This document shows positions 52,903 to 64,000 of a stretch of 64,000 nucleotides of DNA, piece after piece. The notes under the pieces are model-generated. The model had not been told where the DNA came from and did not search any database. It saw nothing but the letters and a program-made list of their open reading frames with translations. Origin of the DNA: Octopus sinensis (taxonomy: Eukaryota); assembly GCF_006345805.1 (NCBI RefSeq), contig NC_042999.1, positions 121,210,001-121,274,000 of the forward strand, read 5' to 3'. The stretch's first letter is position 1; every line of letters begins with the position of its first letter. Made by a program: the position numbers and the translations under genes.

Positions 52903-53013
52903 AAAAGCAGCAGAAATTCAACAAAACCTGTTACTCTGAGTTTCATGTTCCCGTTCGTCGAACGGGAACATGAAACTCAGAGTAACAGGTTTTGTTGAAT
53001 TTCTCCTGCTTTT
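52903..53013. repeat. Near-perfect palindrome with 55-bp arms
   Basis: One mismatch, 1-nt centre at 52958. Confidence 0.95.
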
Positions 53014-53144
53014 AAATAAAGCATATTACTCTACCCCTGTTTCACATTTATGTGTTTACTTCAGTGTATCTATATATATATATATATATATAAATATATT
53101 TATATATATATAAATATGTATGTATATATATCCATATATATATA

Positions 53145-54510
53145 TTAAACTAGAGATAAAAACCACTAATAGGTAAATCAAACAGTGAAAATCATAAACC
53201 AATACATAGAAATAAAATTAATTAATATAAAATATATAAAATATGGTTTTACTATTTATCTTATATTAAACTTTTAATACTTTTTGATAGTTATATATAT
53301 ACTCTTTTTACTCTTTTACTTGTTTCATTCATTTGACTGCGGCCATGCTGGAGCACCACCTTTTAGTCGAGCAAATCGACCCCAGGGCTTATTCTTTGTA
53401 AGCCCGGTACTTATTCTATCGGTCTCTTTTGCCGAACCGCTAAGTGACAGGGATGTAAACACACCAGCATCAGTTGTCAAGCAATGCTAGGGGGACAAAC
53501 ACAGACACACAAACACACACATACATATATATATATATATACATATATACGATGGGCTTCTTTCAGTTTCCGTTTACGAAATCCACTCAAGGCATTGGTC
53601 GGCCCGGGGCTATAGCAGAAGACACTTGCCCAAGGTGCCACGCAGTGGGACTGAACCCGGAACCATGTGGTTAGTTAGCAAGCAACTTACCACACAGCCA
53701 CTCCTATATAAAAAAATATTTTTAAAAAAAATTAATAATAATAATAAAAATAATAAAAATAATAATAAAAATCGAAATCGAAGCCAGGGCCCTGGGACTG
53801 GAGGTACGTAAAAAGCACTATCCGAATTGTGGCCGATGCCAACGCCACCTCGACTGGCTTCCGTGTCGGTGGCACGTAAAAAGCAGCATCCGAATCGTAG
53901 CTGAAGCCAGTGCCACCTCGACTGGCTTCCATAAAATGCACCATCCGAATTGTGGCCGATGCCAGCGCCACCTCGACTGGCTTCTGTGTCGGTGGCATGT
54001 AAAAGCACCATCCGAATCGTAGCCGAAGCCAGTGCCGCCTTGACTAGCTTCCATAAAATGCACCAATCCGACCGTGGCCGATGCCAGCCTCGCCTGGCAC
54101 CAGTGCAGGTGGCACGTAAAAAGCACCCACTACACTCACGGAGTAGTTGGCGTTAGGAAGGGCATCCAGCTGTAAAAACTTTGCCAGATAAGACCGGAGC
54201 CTGGTGCAGCCTTCTGGCTTCCCAGATCCCCGGTCGAACCATCCAACCCATGCTAGCATGGAGAACGGACGTTAAACGATGATGATGATGATGATGATGA
54301 ATAAGAATAAAATATATATATATATATAAATTTATAAGTATAAATTATTAATTTAAATAATCTTTTAAATTTTAACTTTAAATTTATATAATATAAATTT
54401 TTAATTTTATATTTTATATATTTTTTATTAATTAATTTTATTTCCATGTATTGGTTTATGATTTTCACTGTTTGATTTGCCTAATAGTGGTTTTATCTCT
54501 AATTTAATAT
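53145..54510. mobile_element. ~95-bp inverted repeats enclosing nested SINEs (53300-53705) and an RTE tail (53770-54303)
   Basis: 53145-53240 is the reverse complement of 54420-54510. Confidence 0.7.
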
Positions 54511-54616
54511 ATATATTTATACTATAAAATTAGATTTAATCCTAAATCTAATTTTTCCCTGTAAGTTTGAATTTACTCCCTAATATTATTATATCTATCT
54601 ATCTATCTATATATAT

Positions 54617-55100
54617 GTCAGACCTTGACTACTGGGGTAGACTAGAGAAGCTGAAATTGTATTCACTACAACGACGCCGTGAACGCTACATTATCTGTGT
54701 GATGTGGAAAATATTCCATCAGAACTGTCTGAATGATGTTGGCATCACCTTCAAAATACATCCAAGGCTTGGACCACATGCCATCCGTCCACAACAAAAA
54801 TCTAAATCGCATCACATAACGACAATACGGCACAACTATTTCACCTCAATTGGACCCGCTCTCTTCAACATTACACCAGAACACGTCAAAAAAGAAACTG
54901 ACCACACAAAATTCAAGAAGTCTTTGGACAAATTCCTTCAAACAGTCCCGGACAAACCACCCACACCCGGATATGTCTCCACAAACAATAACTCTCTGCT
55001 CGAATGGGCCTTGGTGCCCAAATCCTGAATTGAAAGACTTCGCCAGGTGGTGCTATTAAGTTAGACATGGCCTGGGCCAATACTGGCCAAAACCTTTCTA
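54617..55100 (+). mobile_element. CR1-like LINE 3' end
   Basis: DLDYWGRLEKLKLYSLQRRRERYIICVMWKI...LDKFLQTVPDKP; the 3' UTR is shared with 27030-27056. Confidence 0.85.
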
Positions 55101-55139
55101 AGTTATTCTAAGTGATATATATATATATATATATATATA

Positions 55140-55275
55140 GGTAAACAGTAAAATTAAATACAGACATGGACAAGAACATGAAACACCACAGAGACGACAC
55201 AAGAACCACAGGACGACATTCGAAGCCCTCAGTCATCAGTCAAGAACCAGATCATCTTAGCAATTCGGCTGATAT
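55140..55275 (+). repeat. Short copy related to the 22528-23124 arms
   Basis: Shares ggacaagaac, cattcgaagc and cagtcaagaacc.gatcatc; TA-flanked. Confidence 0.65.
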
Positions 55276-55319
<44 letters not shown>

Positions 55320-55527
55320 TATATATACATATGTACATATATATATATATATATTATATATATATATATACACATATATAAACATATATATATATATATA
55401 TATAATACACATATATAAACATATATATACATATATATATAGATATAAATACATAAACATAAACATACATATATAAAGATATAAATATATAAACATAAAT
55501 ATACATATATAAAGATATAAATATATA

Positions 55528-55567
<40 letters not shown>

Positions 55568-55713
55568 CCTGGTAATATTCTACTGCTTTCTTTTGCTGAA
55601 CATGCTTAGTTATGGAGATATAATCACACCAGCAGCAACTATTAAGCTGTGCAACAAACTAATCCCACTACACAGACAGAGAATTGTGTGTGTATGTGTG
55701 TGTGTGTGTGTGA

Positions 55714-55761
<48 letters not shown>

Positions 55762-58700
55762 TATATATATGTATACACACTCATACACACACACAATTAT
55801 ATTCTTTCAGGTTCCATCTACCTAATGCACTCAAGGCTTTGGTTGGCCTAAGGCTATTTCTGAAGACAACTGCAATGTTCCATGCAGTGGAACTGAACCC
55901 AGGGCCATGACTGCACCTAAATATATATATATATATATATATGTATTTGAATATATATACATTCAAATACATGTCAATATATATACACACACAAATATAA
56001 ATACACATACACAAACAATCAGTACAAGTCTGGGCAAAAATTCTTATGGAAGATCAGCAATCACCCAGGTATACTTTTATATGTATTTATGCATACAAAT
56101 GTATGTGTGTATAAGTATATATATTTATGTATACATATATATATGTGTGTGTGACTTTATTTATCTATGAGTGTATGTAAAGAACATAAATGGGGTTTAA
56201 AATTTACTACTGTTGTTTTGGCAGAATTTTTTTGATGTAATCATATATTACATTGTAGCATATTCCCCAGCACACTGACATTGTCCAAGGAAAAGCAGAG
56301 GCCAATGCAGCTAGGCACCAGTGTCATTGCAACTCATTTCTACAGGTGAATAAACTGGAGGAATGTGAAAAAAAGAGTATTGCTCAAGAACACAACACAC
56401 AGCCTTGTCCTGGAATAGAAGTCAAAGCCACAAACAATTGTAAGCCTGACACAAATCACTGAGCCATAAATATACACACATACTTATGCATGTGTGTGTT
56501 GATGCTTATTTACTGCTATCAAGTAAGACAGAGAGACACCGGGAAACAGAAGCATGTGCACACATATGTATAAGACAGTTTCACCTGGGGCTGCAATAAA
56601 AGACACTTGTCGACATGACACAATGACATTGAGCCTGCGACTATATGGTTGGGAAATGAACTTAACTTTATGTACTTCTCTACTTGTAAAGCTCAGTTAC
56701 AATGTATGACTGTAGAATTGTGGTATATTACATGAGTAGTCAACTTACTGTGTTACAAATCATATATTGAATATTCAAATTTGGTACATAATAATGCTTG
56801 TTTTAGTTTGCCTCGGGGACAACTGAATGATAAATGCCACTAGCATCAGTCTCAACAAAGATTTGCTACAAAAAGAAATATTTCTCCTAGCAAAAAATGG
56901 ATATAAATTATTAAAACAAAGTGCAAATTCCAGTTTATAAATTATAAAATCCTTCTCAAGGTATTTTGTAATTTGAGTTATTAAACAAACATGAAAGTTA
57001 TTTTATGTTTGCACAAATATGTAAAATGACTTCACTTTGAAATAAAACTTTCAAAGATGCCCCAATTTGTAGTGACTAACAAAATATTCTAATATCCAAT
57101 GTTTCTTGTATGGAAAACTGGCTCCAACAGGAAGCTTAGGTATATGCTACACAAAACAATATTTAAATACTGAAAGGAGTAAAATAGAAAATGATAATCA
57201 AGGCTGTTGAAAGCTATCTTGTGATTTTTAGATATATCTCTTATTTAAGGCAATTATACATTTTGAATATTTTAAATTTTTTTAAAATAACAAGTCAAGC
57301 CAGTAATAAAATGGCAGAGACTATAAACCAACAAAGAAGCCTCTATGCAATTGATTGACCTGCAAGAAATAGGAGCTAAATCACCCTCAAATCTCATCCT
57401 ACCATTTTAAAAGCAAGGCTTACATAGATAATGTGATACTTGACACACTGTGTAAGAAAAAAGGATGGCATAGTCATGACTGGAATGCTTTGATCAAAGG
57501 CATTCACAACCAAGGTTGACTTGGGGTTAAACATCAACTGATACTTTCTAACAACATAACAACAGCTTCAATGAGGTAAATGTGATACCTCATTAAACAA
57601 AAGTAATTTTAAATTATAATTTTTTATTGCCATTTGTAAATAGTTCCAATTCATCATATCTGAGAAGTAAATCAAATCATAAACTAAAAGATCATGTTCT
57701 TTTAATGATTTAATGTTTAAACTGGCCATATCTGGTCCAAATATTCCAGCTGTTTTATGTTCAAACTGGCAATGTTATTCAAAAACTAAACAAACACTAT
57801 CAAAATCTCAAAGCAACTAGATAATGCATGATTAATTCAATACAATACAAATAAATAAGCATTACATTTGACCGAGTCATTTGAATACTAAAGGGTAGTC
57901 AATGATGGAAGTATGTCAACAGATTAATTACAGTGCAACTAGCCATCTAGGAATACTATTAGATGTGCAGACATTGCAATGAAGAATTTCAAATATTGAA
58001 ATCTTAAAAATACAATAAATTATATATAGGAAAATACAGATTCAGTAAAATGATAAACTATAAAACTAATCTCTAACAATGACAAATGTCTTAAAATTTT
58101 CATTGACAAAAGCATTACAGAAATGTTCATTATGGCTTGTCTTCGAAAATGCCACCCAATTCTCAACAAAAAGTTTCTTAACAGTTGAACATACAAAAAT
58201 TCACTTGCAAAACATTGAAATAAACAAATGACATCATTGGTAGAAAAACGATTTGCAATGAGAAGTCTTAACGTGAATATTGCAGGCTGTTACATATAAA
58301 ATTAAGATAACTTGAAATCACTGGAATTTGATAGGTAATAAATAATTGGTCAGGAACTATAAATCAAAATCAATAAATTTTAAAAGAAATATCACAAAGA
58401 AAAAACTGAATATATAAATATAAATTAAATAGAAGCAAGAAGATCTGTCCATTGGCATTCTAAGTCAATGAACATGCCTTCATTATATTATGACTTATGG
58501 TTTACTAATATCAGTATACTAGTACAATGTTTATATATGGATCCATCATAATTTGAAATGTCAAAAATAACATATTATTAAGGAAATCTAAAAGTTTTAG
58601 AGTTCCTTTCGGATGAATTCGACTTCTTTCAAACATTCTTAATAATAGTATTAATAATAGTAATTTTTAAATTAATCTTTAGCTTAGATAAATTCAAACT

Positions 58701-61700
58701 GAAAAAGCTTTGTTTTTCTTTTTTACTTTACACTAACTAGTTGAGAATAACTTCTATTTGCTTTTTTTTAAAAGTACATTCAAATCCATTCATGCTTATA
58801 AACATAAAGTCAACAAAAGATTAAGATTTAATTTGCTCTAGTATGAAATAGAAAATAAAAAATAAGATAACAATTAAAGATGTGTGTAGATTATTATCAC
58901 AGTGATGATAGCTTAACAACAAAAGCTGTATTAAACAGAAATGATTTCAATTTAAACAAATATCAAAATTTATTTAGACATAGATGTTGATGAATACCAA
59001 CAATTAAGTAAAGAGCATATCTTCAGTTTTAATTTCATTACATCTTAGAAACAAAAGAAATATTAACCTGCACATGTAACATAAAATAGAAGAATGGAAA
59101 ATACTACAAAACAAAAGAATACACAGAAAAAGAAACAGAGTAAATTGCATTTCCAGAATGTATATAATTTTAAAATTCTAAAATAAAGTTGAGAAGAAAA
59201 AAATACCTAGAGGTGATAGCTACCAACAGCTAACTTTTAGTACCATTAACTACTGATTTCTACAAACACACTTTCTTTTTTATTAAATAAATATAAAATC
59301 TGGTTTTATATTTCACTGAAATGAATCTAAAATAAAAAATGTACAATATGTTAATAAAATTTAGTACAGAGATCTAAACACTAAGTAGTACCGGTACTCA
59401 ACTGAGAACATTTTACCCAAACTAAGTTTGTAGATAAATACTAAAATATAGAAAAGATACTGTAGTCACTCATAAGGAGGAAACAGAAAATAAAGGTACA
59501 AAATAATTTTGTTCAACTCATTTGATAAATTGGTAGCAAATCAAATGAACTTTGTAAAATTTGTATGTGTGTTTGTTTTAATAGTAAACTATAAGAAGAA
59601 TAGGATAATACTATACTGAAGAGAATCATCTACAGAAAATAATTTTTGCTTCATTCCATTTTGATTATTCTTTACTCTTACTGGCAGTTTAATCACATTA
59701 TTTGCAATACAATATGACAGTAAGAGAAAATACCTTTTGACTCAATGCTTATGGTGCACTGGGATTATGTAAAAGAGAGAGAGAGAGAGAGAGTAGGGAA
59801 GAAGGAAAAAGATGAGAGAGGAAGTAAGAGGAAAAAGGAGAGGGTATGATGTAGAAACAATAAGAAAAGGAGTTCAATACGAATAATTAATATCTTTAAT
59901 CCAAAGCAAAAACACTAACTGAATCAATAATTTTAATGATACTATTTTATGTCCTAGCATGAGAGACCAAAAATAAACACCGGCAGGATTTGAACTCAGA
60001 ACAATGAAATAAATACTTCACTAAGTTAAACTTTATATTTTGATCTTCTGAATGTCTGAGCCAATTCCTTCACCATAGAATGAACACATAATGAATGATG
60101 CATAAGTTTAATGTGATGTCGTGGTGGTGGTCGTGGTGGGAGGGTGTTTAGTGCTGCTTCTTAAATAAAATATAAGTAAATTGGTAATGTTTTCAAAGCT
60201 CTAAAATATAATCCAGCACAATATATGAATTTTAGATTTTTGAATATAAAATATTACTAAATAAATTTATTTTCATTTTTGAGATTGCCTAAAACCTTTT
60301 AATTATACACTAAATGTCATCCCATTTGATTAGACAAATAATGTTATATACATGAAATAAAATGTTAATAGGAAACTATTAAAAATGAATTCAGATAAAG
60401 TTAATAATTCAAAAAGAAATTTTTAAAATAGCATATTCACACTACTAAATCTTACAAATACTAATTTACTTTTAGGAAATTTTCTATGATATTTTTGAAA
60501 CTATGACTGCCTGCATTTATTGAAAACTAAAGAATTTTAAAACTACAGCAAACAAAAATAAAGTGTCTAAGCAATTTTTGCAATATCAATTTAATAATTA
60601 AGTAATTAATATTGACCATATTTTGAAAGTGAACACTTCCAATGATACATGCTTTAGTTGACTTCAATGAACCAACAGCATCATAAAATTCGTATTTCTA
60701 TAGCCAATAAGTATTCCTTAAGTATAAAGCTTAAGTTATATGGTCATAGATTCAACATCAAATTGAACAAACTGTTCAAAACATTACAATAATTATTACT
60801 TTTTATACCAAGCTAATTGACAGTAAATGTTCAATAGAAAATTTCTTCAGTTGATCGGTAATTACAGCAAGTCAACCAAAGCAAATATATAATCAATATC
60901 TTAATAAAATTAACAATTTAATAAACACTATATATTTTCTTTAAATGAATTTCATTATACCGTTCATAAAAGTTTTAAAAATTGAAGATTAAATGTACCT
61001 TAAATGTTTAGGCTACAATTTCATACAAGCTAAAACAATTTATGACAAATATTTGAAAAAAACAAACAAACTATCATATGACAAAGAGGCTGAAAATACA
61101 TGTAACAAAATAGTTAATCTCTTGCCAGCTAAGATTAAATACATACAAATCTCCTTTATTAAAATAAATCCAACTAATTTTTAGATAAATACATTTATAA
61201 AAATTGAGATATATTTGTTCTTTATTTTTTTCCAAATTGCAAAAATATATTTTAAAAATGAAAGACTTAAGCTTATGTTGAAAATATTTTTAATTATTCA
61301 TAGTTTACCTTCAAGAGATTAAGCATTTATAAAATACTATATTTAAAATATTTTACAGACAAAAGTAGGAAAAAAAAAAGAGGCAAATACTCCAATATAA
61401 ACCATAAAATAATCTGGTTAAACTATAGATTATCACTACAAATGATAGATAGTGCTATTTAATGATTTATAGTTTTACCCCTCCATACTCAAACAACTTA
61501 ATTTCCATATGGCAAAATGAGTTCAAACAATTTAATTAAATATTAGAAACAGATACAAGTATAAAAATCCCTATATCTACAAACTCATTTTTCAATGAAA
61601 CAATCTAAACACAAGAAAGATTTAATTAAGCATGGTGTCTGTATTTTATAATGATTGCCACAATATAGTCATATTTCTTCCTTGTATTCAGTTTTTAGGT

Positions 61701-62241
61701 CTTCAACAATAAATAAATGTAAGTGAATATTGAATGTTATGGTACAGGAATTTAAAAAAACCTGTACGAAGGTCTAGTTCCTAGAGCACTGCAAAGGTCT
61801 TGGACAAATATCCCCCCAGGATATTTTTCAATTCCACATGAGGTTCTGTTAAAGGTTTAAAGCCCACTGTTCAACAAAATGAACTGAAGTAGATAAATTT
61901 GCTTATTCAGAAACAGAAATATCTATAATGGTATAAACATTCAACCCAAGCACCAGAATCCCAATAATTTATCCACCCTCCCATTTTTTTTTTATTTGTG
62001 TGTGTACATGTGAGAGTATGTGTGTATATGCATATCTAATTTTATGCATATTTACAATTGATGTTCTCTAAAATTATGTACTTCACAATAAGCATTTTAG
62101 TGTACATTATGTACTCATTCACTCACACATACAACCCATACACATGGATGTGAAAGTATTGGGGCATATATATATATGCACACGTGAGTGTGTGAATATA
62201 TATTCATACACACGTACATACATGCACACACACACATATAC

Positions 62242-62301
<60 letters not shown>

Positions 62302-62573
62302 TATATATACATATATCTCATACATACATGCACTAACACACAGATATGCCTGCATACGTACTTACAGATAAAGAAACACACACACACATTTAAATATATC
62401 AGTTAGGGTCATTGATGAAGCCAGTGTCTGAAATTACTTCCTGCTGACAAAAAGCAGCTGATAAAAAAGCCAAACACATTGAGGTATATATCTGAATAGC
62501 AGTCAAATATAGTTTGCAAATAACAGGACACAGCTTTCAACATCTGCTCAGGAGGCTTAAGTTCGAAACTTAC

Positions 62574-62642
62574 ATTGACGGATCTTCCAGCTCATGGCTC
62601 CAAGTATGTGATTCTAGAAGCTCGTCACTTCTTCTGTCTTTC
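62574..62642 (-). CDS. Candidate isolated exon (KDRRSDELLESHTWSHELEDPS)
   Basis: Acceptor gtaccatag| and perfect donor AAT|gtaagt; 69 nt, phase 2-2. This is the only open frame, in a locally GC-richer island. It may belong to the same gene or to another one. Confidence 0.4.
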
Positions 62643-62759
62643 CTATGGTACATATATGTAACAATGGTATATTGAAAAATGGTTCAATGACTTCAATATA
62701 GTCCTTAATCTAATAAATATTTATAAAACTAAAAGAACAGAAGTAAAATTCAAGAAATA

Positions 62760-63694
62760 TATATGTATATATGAATATATATGTATATACATGCATACAT
62801 ACAAGCATACCACCAAATGTCCAAACATACAACATATAAGTAAAAACTCATTTCTTAATACTAAGCATAAATGTATATATATACACAAAGATATACATGT
62901 ATATACATATACACACATATATATATATACATGTATATACTAATAATGTAAAGTATATAAAGTTCGGACAACTGGATATTGATACTGCTTTGCAAAGCAG
63001 TATCATAAAATATATATGTATATATATGTACATATTCATAAATATATATATATATATATATGTGTGTATATGTGAATATATATCTGTGTATGTATATATA
63101 CATATACATATATATCTATATATATATGTATGTATGTGTGTGTGCGTCTGTGTGTATATATATATATATGCATACATACATATAGTTACACTCACATGCA
63201 CACATACATATACATTTAAAAAGTACATATATATGTATATGTGTATAGAAATGCCCATGTGTATGTGTGAACATATACACACATATAAATATCAACACAT
63301 ATATGTACACACACATGGACTGAGGCACACGCAAACACTTATAAAAGTAATAATGTACTGTGGTATATATACACATATATAAATACATGTATACACATAA
63401 ATATGCTTCCCATTACACTCACATATATATACATATAAGTACAGTGTATAAATAAATATATATATATATATACATACAGATACACATATATATATATATA
63501 TACATACACACATATATATATATACATATATATATATACATATATATATATATACACATACATATATATATATACACATACATATATATATATACACATA
63601 CATATATATATATATATATACACATACATATATATATATACACATACATATATATATATAATATATACACATACATATATATATATACACATAC

Positions 63695-63753
<59 letters not shown>

Positions 63754-64000
63754 AACCATAAAAATAAACCACCCACACATGCACAACCTTTGGAAAGTTT
63801 GTGCAGGAGCATATTTCAATATTTGACATATACAAACAAGTATGGGATGGCGTTATACATGTGAACTTTCGTTTGGTTGATTATGCAAGAATATATATAT
63901 ATGCATAAACATACATTTATATGTACATTCATGTACATATATTTATACACATATAAGCACATATATACATGTGCATATATATATGCACACATACATATAT
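62760..64000. repeat. (TA)/(CA)/(TG) arrays
   Basis: Directly visible. Confidence 0.9.

Noticed and set aside
29719-53705. Multiple tRNA-like A/B-box sequences
   Set aside because: Each continues into a SINE body and lacks a full cloverleaf, so they are SINE heads and not tRNA genes.
57081-57146. Possible 66-nt exon HIPKLPVGASFPYKKHWILEYF (minus)
   Set aside because: Acceptable splice sites, but phase 0-0 fits neither neighbouring candidate exon and there is no other support.
61752-61845. Possible terminal exon TSCGIEKYPGGIFVQDLCSALGTRPSYRFF* (minus)
   Set aside because: Phase fits the 62574 donor, but the acceptor is weak and there is no independent evidence; cannot be told from chance without RNA data.
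9183-63835. Dozens of Y/I/C/V/H/T-rich ORFs in the ORF track
   Set aside because: They are translations of (TA)n, (TG)n and (CA)n microsatellites, not genes.

Overview
This is very AT-rich eukaryotic genomic DNA, packed with microsatellites and retroelements. The SINE, RTE and TA-array repertoire fits a coleoid cephalopod, most likely Octopus (inference from repeat families I recognise; no search was run). One intron-rich protein-coding gene lies on the minus strand. Six phase-compatible exons at 8482-1343 encode about 430 aa: a Cys-rich, N-glycosylation-sequon-bearing ectodomain, a Pro/Glu stalk and one transmembrane helix. I cannot assign it to a family. It probably continues off the left edge through a 21-nt microexon at 72-92, and its 5' end is unresolved. 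The rest of the window is intronic or intergenic: decayed LINEs (RTE, CR1-like), DNA transposon relics (piggyBac, maT/Tc1-like, mariner, a TA-MITE, Helitron-like elements), tRNA-derived SINEs, very long (TA)/(CA) arrays, several fold-back elements and a 100-N gap flanked by a probable assembly overlap. The best non-annotated signal is a set of minimal type-I hammerhead ribozyme motifs (one intact-looking, one partly decayed, two relics) in small Penelope-like elements embedded in TA microsatellites. No rRNA, CRISPR array or intact transposase/RT ORF is present.
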